Below, in pieces: positions 11,142 through 21,552 of a stretch of 64,000 nt of DNA. The notes beneath the pieces were generated by a model. That model was not told where the DNA came from, searched no databases, and saw only the letters and a program-made list of their open reading frames with translations. The position numbers were made by a program, and so were the translations under genes. The stretch comes from an uncultured cyanobacterium. GTDB taxonomy: Bacteria; Cyanobacteriota; Cyanobacteriia; Cyanobacteriales; CAWCAG01. The stretch is from assembly GCA_963803805.1 (NCBI GenBank), contig CAWDOD010000006.1, positions 160,001 to 224,000 of the forward strand, given 5' to 3'. Numbering within the stretch: the first letter of the stretch is position 1; the number at the start of each line of letters is the position of its first letter.

Positions 11142-12433
11142 ATAATGGTATCAACCCTATACCGCTAAGGATTAAAATCCATAGCTAATAGCTTAAGTCA
11201 TCTTGAAGATGACTCCCAAAACTTCGGTGGAAAACAGGATAACAAAACCTTGATTTAATTTCTCCCCCTAGTCATGTTCAGATGACTTTGGCTATTAGCC
11301 ACCGAATTAATTCGGTGAGCGGGTAACATTAATTTAATCGCGCCAATTAACGATAATGGTATCAACCCTATACCGCTAAGGATTAAAATCCATAGCTAAT
11401 AGCTTAAGTCATCTTCAAGATGACTCCCAAAACTTTGGTGGGAAAACAGGATAACAAAACCTTGATTTAATTTCTCCCCCTAGTCATGTTCAGATGACTT
11501 TGGCTATTAGCCACCGAATTAATTCGGTGAGCGGGTAACATTAATTTAATCGCGCCAATTAACGATAATGGTATCAACCCTATACTGCTAAGGATTAAAA
11601 TCCATAGCTAATAGCTTAAGTCATCTTCAAGATGACTCCCAAAACTCTGGTGGGAAACAGGATAACAAAACCTTGATTTAATTTCTCCCCCTAGTAGTCT
11701 TCAGATGACTTTGGCTATTAGCCACCGAATTAATTCGGTGAGCGGGTAACATTAGTTTAATCGCGCCAATTAACGATAATGGTATCAACCCTATACTGCT
11801 AAGGATTAAAATCCATAGCTAATAGCTTAAGTCATCTTGAAGATGACTCCCAAAACTCTGGTGGGAAAACAGGATAACAAAACCTTGATTTAATTTCTCC
11901 CCCTAGTCATGTTCAGATGACTTTGGCTATTAGCCACCGAATTAATTCGGTGAGCGGGTAACATTAGTTTAATCGCGCCAATTAACGATAATGGTATCAA
12001 CCCCATACTGCTAAGGATTAAAATCCATAGCTAATAGCTTAAGTCATCTTGAAGATGACTCCCAAAACTCTGGTGGGAAACAGGATAACAAAACCTTGAT
12101 TTAATTTCTCCCCCTAGTCATGTTCAGATGACTTTGGCTATTAGCCACTGAATTAATTCGGTGAGCGGGTAACATTAATTTAATCGCGCCAATTAACGAT
12201 AATGGTATCAACCCTATACTGCTAAGGATTAAAATCCATAGCTAATAGCTTAAGTCATCTTGAAGATGACTCCCAAAACTTTGGTGGGAAACAGGATAAC
12301 AAAACCTTGATTTAATTTCTCCCCCTAGTCATGTTCAGATGACTTTGGCTATTAGCCACCGAATTAATTCGGTGAGCGGGTAACATTAGTTTAATCGCGC
12401 CAATTAACGATAATGGTATCAACCCTATACTGC
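11142..12433. repeat. Tandem array of six 211-212 bp REPIN-like units plus a 24-bp terminal partial unit
   Basis: Units start at 11142, 11353, 11565, 11776, 11988, 12199 and 12410 (partial). Each holds two inverted ~55-bp halves made of nested palindromes. Confidence 0.97.
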
Positions 12434-12463
12434 AAATCAACAATAACCAGCATCCCTAAAGAT

Positions 12464-12493
12464 AAAAAAAGGTGGCCAACTGGCCGCCTTTTT
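12464..12493. terminator. Rho-independent terminator of the porin gene, potentially bidirectional
   Basis: A7-GGTGGCCA-AC-TGGCCGCC-T5 hairpin about 25 bp past the porin stop. Confidence 0.8.
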
Positions 12494-12517
12494 ATTTAAA
12501 ACCTCGATTCTGAGTGA

Positions 12518-14194
12518 TTAGAATGTGAAGGTTGTACGCAAAACACCAACATAAACAGTGTCGTTAGCGTCATTGTGTTCAGGGTTGAAGATAACTATCA
12601 CTCCAGGAGTGATGAGAACGTTATTGCTAACTCTGTATTTGTACAATGCTTCTAAGAGATAAGAAGTATCAGGATCTTCACGGCCTGCAATATCATTGCT
12701 AGTTACTTTAGGAGGCATACCAAACGCAAGACCTAAAACGTTACCTTCACCACCTAAATCTTTGAAACCAACACGGGCTGTCCAATTCCAAATATCAGCA
12801 CTATTGCCATTAACTTCGTCTTCTGCATCTACGTAACCAACCCAACCACCAACACTAATAGTGTCGGTGAGGGCGAAGTCACCTTGAATACCAAAGCGGT
12901 TAGCAGATGTTGGTTGATCAACGCCTCCAATTCTAAAGGGATCGTTAGCGTTGCTGCTACCTACACTACCACCAAGACTAACATCGTCACCGTCAGGGGC
13001 GCCATCGCCTGAATAGTAACCACGACCGTAGGTAGCAGATAAAGCTAACTTATCTTCAAGAAGACTCAAGTTAAGCTGAGCTAAAGCAGTATAACTTCCG
13101 TCGAACAAAACACCTTCTTTATCAGCAGGGTTATTCGCACTAGGAACACCATAAGCTAGTTGCAAATTAGCGTTATCGCTAAACTCAAAGGTTAGCCCAG
13201 CACCTGCATCCACAGGAAAGCGGTGTACCGCAGGATTACGACGATTAAAACGAGATAAAGCACCAGTACCGCTGCTGGCAAATAGAGGGTTAGTTTCCTC
13301 AAGTAGGTCATTTTCACTAATTACTGGAGCAATTATAAAGCTAACTCTATCACCCAAAGGAGCTTGGTAGTACAATCTGTTAAGATTAACATTATTTCCT
13401 TGGTCTGCTTCATAACCCAAACGGGCCATGTCTGTACCTGTTCGGTTGTCCATTGGGAAGGTATTACCAGCTTGTAGACGAGTCCTTAAGCGATCTCTGC
13501 CAGTAAAGCTAGTGTCTAATGTTAAGCGGACGCGATCGCTTAAGGTAATATTGTCGTCAACGTCTACAGTACCATTACCACCAGTAACAGCTTTTTTATC
13601 ACCAAAAGCACTATCTAAACTGAAGATAACCTCACCTTTCAACTTAGTGGTAGTGGAGAATTGATGATCTTCAACAAAAGCAACACGCCCTTCTAAGTCA
13701 TCTACCCTTGCACCCAAGGTAGCTAACTCTGCTTCAAACTCTTGAACCAAACGACGTAGAGTAACTAAGTCTTCACCATCTACACTGCCGATGTTTTCTT
13801 CTACCCACTCCATACAACGGCTCACCGCTGCTGCAAACTCATAGCGAGTGATGTTGCGTTGACCTTTGAAAGTTCCGTCAGGATAACCCACAATACAGCC
13901 ATACTTGTCAACCATCTTTTGTACAGCACTAAACCAGAAAGGATCGATATCTGATAGCTGGTTAACGCTAGTAACCTGATCTAATGATGTTTCGTCGCCA
14001 TTATAGTCGTTGATTTGTTGCAACATCTCTTCTGTAGAGAGAGATGCGTCGGCAACTTCAACAGAAGCATTTGCTTCGCTAACAACTGCTTCGGTAGCAG
14101 GAGTTTCAGCAGCGAAGGAACTATTAGTGACAAACAAAGAAGCACCTAGTACAGCAGGAGCAACTTTACAAACTTGCCAGAGCAATTTTGACAT
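12518..14194 (-). CDS. Cyanobacterial outer-membrane porin (SLH + OprB-like barrel, SomA/SomB type)
   Basis: Signal peptide, SLH (YGCIVGYPDGTF...TRYEFAA), coiled coil, FSTTTKLKGE, C-terminal LRTTFTF. Confidence 0.93.
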   Translation of the reverse strand: MSKLLWQVCKVAPAVLGASLFVTNSSFAAETPATEAVVSEANASVEVADASLSTEEMLQQINDYNGDETSLDQVTSVNQLSDIDPFWFSAVQKMVDKYGCIVGYPDGTFKGQRNITRYEFAAAVSRCMEWVEENIGSVDGEDLVTLRRLVQEFEAELATLGARVDDLEGRVAFVEDHQFSTTTKLKGEVIFSLDSAFGDKKAVTGGNGTVDVDDNITLSDRVRLTLDTSFTGRDRLRTRLQAGNTFPMDNRTGTDMARLGYEADQGNNVNLNRLYYQAPLGDRVSFIIAPVISENDLLEETNPLFASSGTGALSRFNRRNPAVHRFPVDAGAGLTFEFSDNANLQLAYGVPSANNPADKEGVLFDGSYTALAQLNLSLLEDKLALSATYGRGYYSGDGAPDGDDVSLGGSVGSSNANDPFRIGGVDQPTSANRFGIQGDFALTDTISVGGWVGYVDAEDEVNGNSADIWNWTARVGFKDLGGEGNVLGLAFGMPPKVTSNDIAGREDPDTSYLLEALYKYRVSNNVLITPGVIVIFNPEHNDANDTVYVGVLRTTFTF

Positions 14195-14550
14195 AATTTC
14201 TTAGCCTCAACACCTAAAAATACAAGGAATTTTTTTAATGATCTAGCGATGTACTATCATAACCACATCTTACTTGAGATAGAGTAAACAACAGGTTAAG
14301 GAATTAGTTATCTTCACTCTATCTCTTCGCTGTTTGAAAAATATTTATATGTAAGCTGGTATCTTGACTTTGATAAGAATTTATGCAGTCAAAATACAGA
14401 ATTGTAGTGAATTTCACTGCATTTTTAACCTATGCTCTCAGGGTAGAATATAATCCTTAAGCTAGGGTTAAAATGAACATTTCGCAGGTAGCTCAAGACT
14501 GAAAAGTTTACTCGTGTTTTTATTGTTACGTTCCCAAGGCTACTCAAAGT

Positions 14551-14690
14551 GCGATCGCAATTAATTTATCTCTGTGGTTTACTAAATTATTGGCAGAACG
14601 TCCTAATTTTTCTAGGAGGTTGTTACGATTGGTAATAGCTGGTTGGAAGTCAGGTTGAATTTCTATGGCTTTGTTAAAAGAAGCGATCGC
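14551..14690 (-). pseudogene. 3'-end relic of a TPR paralogue bounded by HIP1 sites
   Basis: Translates as AIASFNKAIEIQPDFQPAITNRNNLLEKLGRS, matching the C-termini of both neighbouring TPR genes; no start codon; GCGATCGC at 14551 and 14683. Confidence 0.8.
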
Positions 14691-14758
14691 CCCCGACAGT
14701 ACGAAAACAGTTTATTTACATAATGCCCAATACTTCCTGACTTTTGAATTAAAACTTT

Positions 14759-15919
14759 TCAAAAAGAAGAGCCTTCTAATCTTTCTAGGATAACGTTGCG
14801 ATTATTAATAGCGGATTGGAAGTCTGGTTTAATCTCCAAAGCTTTGTCATAGGATAATAGCGCTTCTTGGTAGTTCTCTAATTCGTAGAGAATATTGCCG
14901 CGATTGTACCAAATTCTACTATCATTAGGTTTAATTTCTAGAGCTTTTTCATAGGATAATAGGGCTTCTTGGTAATTCTCTAATTCGTAGAGAATATTGC
15001 CGCGATTATGCCAAGTTTCACTATTATCAGGTTTGATTTCTAAAGCTTTGTTATAGGATAGTAGGGCTTCTTCGTATTGTTCTAATTTACTTAGGGAAAC
15101 ACCACGATTATGCCAAGTTTCACTATTATCAGGTTTGATTTCTAAAGCTTTGTTATAGGATAATAGTGCTTCTTCATATTGTTCCAAGTTACTTAGGGCA
15201 GCACCACGGTTATACCAAGTTCTACTATCATCAGGTTTAATTTCCAAAGCTTTGTTATAGGATAGTATAGCTTCTTCATGTTGTTCTAATTTACTTAGGG
15301 CAACACCACGGTTATACCAAGTTCTACTATCATCAGGTTTAATTTCCAAAGCTTTGTTATAGGATAGTATAGCTTCTTCATGTTGTTCTAATTTACTTAG
15401 GGCAACACCACGGTTATGCCAAATTCTACTATCATCAGGTTTAATTTCTAAAGCCTTATCATAGGAAGCTATCCCCTCTTCATGTTTTCCTACATCTCCT
15501 AAAGCATTGCCGCGATTATACCAAGCTTTATAGTGGTTAGGATTAATTTCCAAAGCTTTGTCGTAGGAGTCTATTTCCTCTTGATGCTGCCCTAAATCTC
15601 CTAGTACAACACCACGATTATTCCAAGCAGCATCGTAGTCGGGTTTAATTTCTAAAGCTTTGTCGTAGGATAACAACGCTCCTTGATATTGTTTCAACTT
15701 TTTTAAAGCGTTGCCACGATTATACCAAGCTACATGATTATCAGGTTCAATTTCCAAGGATTGATCATAAGCCGCTATGGCCTCTTGATAGCTTTTCTCT
15801 CCGTGTAATTGATAAGCTTCAGAAAAAAGCTTGTTTGCTCTGGATTTGCCCGTGAAACCACAAGCAGATAGAGAGAGAATGAGAATAACAGGAAGAGTTA
15901 ATTTGTAGCTAAGTTTCAT
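14759..15919 (-). CDS. TPR-repeat lipoprotein
   Basis: Lipobox LSAC; about ten 34-aa TPRs (W.NRG..L...YEEA..SYNKALEIKP), several near-identical at DNA level (102 bp). Confidence 0.9.
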   Translation of the reverse strand: MKLSYKLTLPVILILSLSACGFTGKSRANKLFSEAYQLHGEKSYQEAIAAYDQSLEIEPDNHVAWYNRGNALKKLKQYQGALLSYDKALEIKPDYDAAWNNRGVVLGDLGQHQEEIDSYDKALEINPNHYKAWYNRGNALGDVGKHEEGIASYDKALEIKPDDSRIWHNRGVALSKLEQHEEAILSYNKALEIKPDDSRTWYNRGVALSKLEQHEEAILSYNKALEIKPDDSRTWYNRGAALSNLEQYEEALLSYNKALEIKPDNSETWHNRGVSLSKLEQYEEALLSYNKALEIKPDNSETWHNRGNILYELENYQEALLSYEKALEIKPNDSRIWYNRGNILYELENYQEALLSYDKALEIKPDFQSAINNRNVILERLEGSSF

Positions 15920-16109
15920 AGATTGAGTGATGCAGAATCAAGATGACAATTAAAGTTGAGCTGTATTTTAGTTAGGCTCAAGAAAAGTTTCTTTGTTTCT
16001 CAAAGATAAATATTCTTAGCAACATAAACATAAAATAAGTAGTAATTATTGCGATCGCTCGTATTATTACTAATGCTTGCGATCGCAATTAATTTGTTTT
16101 TATCGTCTA

Positions 16110-17210
16110 CTAACTATTAAGAGAACTTCCTATTTTTTCGAGGAGATTGTTGCGGTTGTTGATTGCTGTTTGATTGTTGGGGTTAAGTTCAATAGCTTTT
16201 TGATAAGATTCTAGAGCTTCATCATAGCGCTCAAGAGATTCAAGGGCAAAACCGCGGTTGTTCCAAGCTTTACTATAGTCAGGTTTAATCTCCAAGGCTT
16301 TTTCATAAGAGACTAATGCTTCTGAGTGTTTTCCTAAGAATGTTAGAGCCGTACCACGATTAAACCAAGCTGAACTATTATTAGGGTTAATCTCCAAACC
16401 TTTGTTATAAGATGCTAATGCTTCAGCATATTTTCCTAAGTTCCTTAGAGCAACGCCACGATTAAACCAAGCTGAACTGTTGTTAGGCTCAATCTCTAAA
16501 GCTTTATCATAGGATGTTACTGCTTCTGTGTAATTTTCTATGTTTACTAGAGCATCGCCACGATTAAACCAAGCTTCACTGTCATTAGGTTCAATCTCTA
16601 AGACTTTATCGTAAGATGCTATTGCTTCGGTGTAGTTTCCTAGATTAGATAAAGCCAGTCCGCGACCATACCAAGCTGAACTCTTTTTAGGTTCAATTTC
16701 TAAAGCTTTGTCGTAAGATGCTATAGCTTCGGTATAGTTTCCTGACTCTATTAAAGCACCACCACGATTATTCCAAGCTGAACTATCGTTAGGTTTAATC
16801 TCCAAAGCTTTGTCATAGGATGCTACTGCTTCTGTGTAATTTTTTATGCTCACTAGAGCATTGCCTCGGTTATACCAAGCTGAACTCTTGTTAGGCTCAA
16901 TTTCTAAAGCTCTGTCGAAGGAAGCAATCGCCTCTTCGTACTTTTCTAGTTTCACGAGGGCAGCACCCCGATTTGTCCAAGCCTTGTGGTAGTCAGGCTC
17001 AATCTCTAAAGCTTTGTCGTAAGATTCGATTGCTTTTCCATAACGCCCTTGACTGAAGAATTGATTACCTTCGGAGTAAAAATCTTCTGCTGTGGTTGCT
17101 TCAGCAACTTCTATTGCTGGGGCTGCTAACACAGGTGGTTCAATCAAATTACCAGTAGATAAAGATAAAGCAACAATGCCAGGAAGAGTTAGTAAGTAAC
17201 GAAGTTTCAT
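16110..17210 (-). CDS. Secreted TPR-repeat protein, paralogue of 14759..15919
   Basis: Signal peptide similar to the neighbour (MKLRYLLTLP vs MKLSYKLTLP); about nine TPRs. Confidence 0.9.
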   Translation of the reverse strand: MKLRYLLTLPGIVALSLSTGNLIEPPVLAAPAIEVAEATTAEDFYSEGNQFFSQGRYGKAIESYDKALEIEPDYHKAWTNRGAALVKLEKYEEAIASFDRALEIEPNKSSAWYNRGNALVSIKNYTEAVASYDKALEIKPNDSSAWNNRGGALIESGNYTEAIASYDKALEIEPKKSSAWYGRGLALSNLGNYTEAIASYDKVLEIEPNDSEAWFNRGDALVNIENYTEAVTSYDKALEIEPNNSSAWFNRGVALRNLGKYAEALASYNKGLEINPNNSSAWFNRGTALTFLGKHSEALVSYEKALEIKPDYSKAWNNRGFALESLERYDEALESYQKAIELNPNNQTAINNRNNLLEKIGSSLNS

Positions 17211-17551
17211 AATTTGGTTAGCTCAAGATAAATATTACAATTGAGGTTCAGTCGCATTTTCATGACTGCCTTCTAAGAGTATTTATCTGTTTCCCATGCA
17301 GAAATACGCAAACTACCAATCTTCTGTGTTAACGAAATATAGCGAAGAATTAAGAATCTTTGCCTTTCAAAACTATTTAATTGCTTAACTATCTCCTCAA
17401 AAGCCCAGAAACCAAGCTATTGCACCAATCTAAACTAAACCCTGCTCTCATAAGCCAGAAAATAGTGTTTACCTTAGATCTGAGACAATGCTCTAGAGCA
17501 AATTAATTCAACTACTATAAGTATTCACAACGGAACTGGAGGTACGATTAT

Positions 17552-19078
17552 ATGAAACTGGCTTATTGGATGTATGCAGGCCCCGCCCACATTGGCACTC
17601 TACGTATTGCTAGTTCTTTTAAAAACGTCCATGCCATCATGCACGCTCCTTTGGGGGATGATTATTTTAATGTAATGCGCTCAATGTTAGAGCGGGAAAG
17701 GAACTTTACCCCAGTTACAGCTAGTATTGTGGATCGCAATGTTTTGGCTAGAGGTTCCCAAGAAAAGGTTGTTGATAATATTACTCGCAAAGATCAAGAA
17801 GAAAGTCCTGATTTAATTGTTCTTACCCCTACCTGCACTTCCAGTATTCTCCAAGAAGACTTACAAAACTTCGTAGATCGCGCCCAAATTGAGTCTAAAG
17901 GGGATGTTTTACTCGCAGATGTAAATCATTATCGGGTTAATGAATTACAAGCGGCGGATCGGACTTTAGACCAAATTGTTCAATACTATATTGCTAAGGC
18001 TCGGAAAAAAGGCGACTTGGTGACGGAGAAGACAGCCAAGCCCTCGGTGAATATTATTGGTATGTCTACCCTGGGCTTCCATAACCAACATGATTGCACA
18101 GAGTTGAAGCGCTTAATGGCAGATTTGGGAATTGAAGTTAATGCAGTGATTCCTGAAGGTGCTTCGGTAAACGAACTTAAAAGCTTGCCCCGCGCTTGGT
18201 TTAACCTTCTTCCCTATCGAGAATTGGGCCACATGACTGCTCAATATTTAGAAAAAGAATTTGGGATGCCCTATGTTGATATTACTCCTATGGGGGTGGT
18301 GGAAACAGCCCGTTGTTTGCGTAAGATTCAAGAAGTTATTAATGCCCAAGGGGCAGAAGTTGATTACGAAGAGTATATTGATAACCAAACTCTTCATGTT
18401 TCCCAAGCTGCTTGGTTCTCACGTTCCATTGATTGTCAAAATCTAACGGGGAAAAAAGCGGTGGTTTTTGGGGATAATACCCATGCTGCGGCGATGACCA
18501 AGATTTTGGCTAGGGAAATGGGTATTCATGTGGTTTGTGCCGGAACCTATTGCAAGTATGATCAAGAGTGGTTCAAAGAACAAGTTAGTGAATATTGCGA
18601 CGAAATCCTCATCAGTAATGATAACGGCGAAATTGGTGATATGATTGCCCGTCACGAACCATCGGCGATTTTTGGAACCCAAATGGAACGTCATGTAGGT
18701 AAGCGTTTAAATATTCCTTGTGGGGTCATTGCTTCTCCTATTCACATCCAAGATTTCCCCATTGGTTACAAACCTTTCTTAGGTTACGAAGGAACCAACC
18801 AAATGGCTGATTTGGTTTACAATTCCTTTACCCTGGGTATGGAAGACCACTTATTAGAAATCTTTGGAGGACATGATACCAAAGAAGCCATTCATAAAGG
18901 AATTTCTGCTGACTCTGACCTCAACTGGACAAAAGATGGTAAGGCCGAGTTAAATAAGATTCCAGGCTTTGTTCGGGGTAAGGTGAAGCGTAATACAGAA
19001 AAATTTGCCCGCGATCGCGGTATTACCGATATCAATGTTGAAGTTCTCTATGCTGCTAAAGAATCTGTAGGGGCTTAG
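17552..19078 (+). CDS. chlB: Light-independent protochlorophyllide reductase subunit B
   Basis: [16 protein letters not shown]-terminus, [14 protein letters not shown]-terminal PCP-red domain; SD GGAGG. Confidence 0.98.
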   Translation: MKLAYWMYAGPAHIGTLRIASSFKNVHAIMHAPLGDDYFNVMRSMLERERNFTPVTASIVDRNVLARGSQEKVVDNITRKDQEESPDLIVLTPTCTSSILQEDLQNFVDRAQIESKGDVLLADVNHYRVNELQAADRTLDQIVQYYIAKARKKGDLVTEKTAKPSVNIIGMSTLGFHNQHDCTELKRLMADLGIEVNAVIPEGASVNELKSLPRAWFNLLPYRELGHMTAQYLEKEFGMPYVDITPMGVVETARCLRKIQEVINAQGAEVDYEEYIDNQTLHVSQAAWFSRSIDCQNLTGKKAVVFGDNTHAAAMTKILAREMGIHVVCAGTYCKYDQEWFKEQVSEYCDEILISNDNGEIGDMIARHEPSAIFGTQMERHVGKRLNIPCGVIASPIHIQDFPIGYKPFLGYEGTNQMADLVYNSFTLGMEDHLLEIFGGHDTKEAIHKGISADSDLNWTKDGKAELNKIPGFVRGKVKRNTEKFARDRGITDINVEVLYAAKESVGA

Positions 19079-19221
19079 ATTCTGGTCTGTTAATTGAAAA
19101 TTGACGGGGAAAGGGGAAAGGGAAAATCCTTTTCCTTTTCTCCTCACATGGTAAATTGCATCTCCAAACGGTATGATTTTGTTAGATATGTTTGTGTAGA
19201 ACAATACCGGATAACATCTTT

Positions 19222-19974
19222 ATGCTTTCCCTCGAAATACCACAAACCTCTTCTCAGGCAAAATTAGCTAAGACTAGCAAAATTTTGGTAGTAGAAGACG
19301 AGAATTTAATTCGGCAAATGGTTGTATTAGCTTTACAGGAGGAAGGCTACGAGGTTACAACAGCCACCGATGGACGCGAAGCTTTAGGATTTTTTCAAGA
19401 AGAAGAGTCGAATTCCCAGGACTTTCCTTTTGATCTAATTGTTTTAGATTTAATGTTGCCGCAAATTAATGGTTTGGATATTTGCCGCTTACTACGTTAT
19501 CAAGGCAATATCGTACCAATTTTGATTTTAAGCGCTAAAGCTAGCGAAACTGATCGCGTTTTAGGCTTGGAAGTTGGAGCAGATGATTATCTGACTAAAC
19601 CCTTTAGTATGAAGGAATTAGTGGCTCGTTGTCGTGCTTTATTACGGCGACAACGTTATAGTTCCCAAGAACAGCATTCAACTCTCAAATTTAAAGAAGT
19701 TACTTTGATTCCCCAAGAATGTCGAGTAACCGTCCGAGATGAAGAAGTGAATCTTTCTCCTAAAGAATTTAAACTGCTGGAACTATTCATTGGCTATCCT
19801 CGACGAGTTTGGTCAAGGGAACAGCTAATTGAGCAAGTTTGGGGCATAGATTTTTTAGGGGATACCAAAACAGTTGATGTTCATATTCGCTGGTTGCGAG
19901 AAAAACTGGAATTAGATCCTAGTAAGCCAGAATATATTATTACCGTGCGGGGTTTTGGCTATCGCTTTGGCTAA
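19222..19974 (+). CDS. sphR: PhoB-like OmpR-family response regulator
   Basis: REC plus winged helix (KTVDVHIRWLREKLE); in order with a kinase and phoU. ATG 19222 preferred as start. Confidence 0.85.
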   Translation: MLSLEIPQTSSQAKLAKTSKILVVEDENLIRQMVVLALQEEGYEVTTATDGREALGFFQEEESNSQDFPFDLIVLDLMLPQINGLDICRLLRYQGNIVPILILSAKASETDRVLGLEVGADDYLTKPFSMKELVARCRALLRRQRYSSQEQHSTLKFKEVTLIPQECRVTVRDEEVNLSPKEFKLLELFIGYPRRVWSREQLIEQVWGIDFLGDTKTVDVHIRWLREKLELDPSKPEYIITVRGFGYRFG

Positions 19975-20088
19975 TTAGCTAACAGCTAGATCATTGATTA
20001 CTCGTCATTAGTTCTTGATTTAAGTTAGGGAGAACAACTATTTTCGGTTGTACCCTCTAAGATCGATCACAAAGAACCAAGGACACCG

Positions 20089-21441
20089 ATGATTAAGATA
20101 GTAGCCGCTTTCATCTTGGGTTTAAGCCTAGGAATAGGCTTTGGGCTATGGCGACAGCGAAAGTTAAACTCTAGGCTCAGACAAGTTCTAACTTCTTTAT
20201 CTGATAACAAAACTGATACAGTTGCTTTACCGATGGTTTATCAGGTGCGGCAAGAAATTAGTCGCTCTTATCAGCAACGCCTAGAACTAAAAGCAGAAAT
20301 TCAAGAGTGGCAGCATCTACTTAACTCTGCCCCTGTAGGCTATCTACAGGTAGATGAAGAAAATCGTTTATTGTGGTGCAATCTACAGGCACAAAAACTA
20401 CTCAAAATAGATCGTTGGCAACCAGGACAGTTACGTTTAATTCTAGAGTTGGTACGTTCCTATGAATTGGATCGTTTAATTGAACAAACCCGGATTTCCC
20501 AAAAATCCCACACTAGGGAATGGGTATTTCATACTACTAATTATCAAAAACAAAACCCTTTACAAACTTCTCTTTCGGTAAGGGGTTTTAGCTTGCCCTT
20601 GCCTCAAAAACAAGTTGGCATTTTTATTGAAAATAGACAGCATCTAGCAGAATTAGAACGTTCGCGCGATCGCAGCTTTTCTGATTTAGCCCACGAACTA
20701 CGTACTCCCTTAACTTCGGTTAGTTTAGTGGCAGAAGCATTACAAACGCGCCTCCAAGGTATAGAACTTTCTTGGGTAGAACAAATGCTAACTGAAAGTA
20801 ATCGCTTGATGCAATTGGTACAAGATTATTTAGAAGTTAGCAATTTAGCAGAAAATCCTTACCAAAAGTTAGTAAAAAGTCCCCTAGTTTTAAAAGACTT
20901 AGTATTTTACGCTTGGCAAATTTTAGAACCTATTGCCCAAAAAAAGCAAATTAAAATTGCTTATTCTGAAGTCAAAAGTATTTCTTTAGAAGCAGATAAA
21001 TCTCGTTTAACTCAGATTTTCATCAATCTTTTAGATAATGGCATTAAAAATAGTCCTGCTGGTGAAGTTATTCGAGTTGAGGTAAAAACAATTACTCCAA
21101 CTTCCCCTGAACCCTTACCAATTTTAGAAAAAGATACATTAGAGACAGATGTTTTCGTCCAAATCAATATAATTGATGCAGGTAGTGGCTTTTCTGAATC
21201 CGATTTACCCTATGTATTTGAAAGGCTCTACCGAGGAGATATCTCTCGCAAACGCCAAGATTCTGACTACCAAAATTTAGCAGCGTTACCCATAAGCAGT
21301 GGTAGTGGTTTAGGGCTTTCCATTGTTCAAGAAATAGTCAAAGCCCATAACGGTTCAATTCAAGCCAAAAATCATCCTCAAACAGGTGGTGGTTGGCTGC
21401 AAATTCAGTTACCTTTGATGGGTAATTTTAATTCAGGGTAG
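20089..21441 (+). CDS. sphS: PhoR-like sensor histidine kinase
   Basis: N-terminal TM, PAS-like region, H-box AHELRTPLT, GSGLGL; lies between sphR and phoU. Confidence 0.85.
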   Translation: MIKIVAAFILGLSLGIGFGLWRQRKLNSRLRQVLTSLSDNKTDTVALPMVYQVRQEISRSYQQRLELKAEIQEWQHLLNSAPVGYLQVDEENRLLWCNLQAQKLLKIDRWQPGQLRLILELVRSYELDRLIEQTRISQKSHTREWVFHTTNYQKQNPLQTSLSVRGFSLPLPQKQVGIFIENRQHLAELERSRDRSFSDLAHELRTPLTSVSLVAEALQTRLQGIELSWVEQMLTESNRLMQLVQDYLEVSNLAENPYQKLVKSPLVLKDLVFYAWQILEPIAQKKQIKIAYSEVKSISLEADKSRLTQIFINLLDNGIKNSPAGEVIRVEVKTITPTSPEPLPILEKDTLETDVFVQINIIDAGSGFSESDLPYVFERLYRGDISRKRQDSDYQNLAALPISSGSGLGLSIVQEIVKAHNGSIQAKNHPQTGGGWLQIQLPLMGNFNSG

Positions 21442-21552
21442 AGACGAAATGTATACAAAAACACTAATCAACCATTATTTTTTATCCACAAACAAGAAAT
21501 TCCCTTAGACTTAATATCAATTTAATTAATTGTTTTTTAAAATTATTCCTTT

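Noticed and set aside
11142-12433. CRISPR array interpretation of the 211-bp repeats
   Set aside because: Units are near-identical along their whole length, there are no unique spacers, the period is far too long and no cas genes are present.
14403-14421. Palindrome TGTAGTGAATTTCACTGCA upstream of the porin
   Set aside because: Could be an operator, but it is a single instance that I cannot assign to a regulator.
21505-21540. Pho-box-like TTAA repeats before phoU (and near 14455-14470 before the porin)
   Set aside because: Only two weak 11-bp-spaced matches in very AT-rich DNA; not distinguishable from background by eye.
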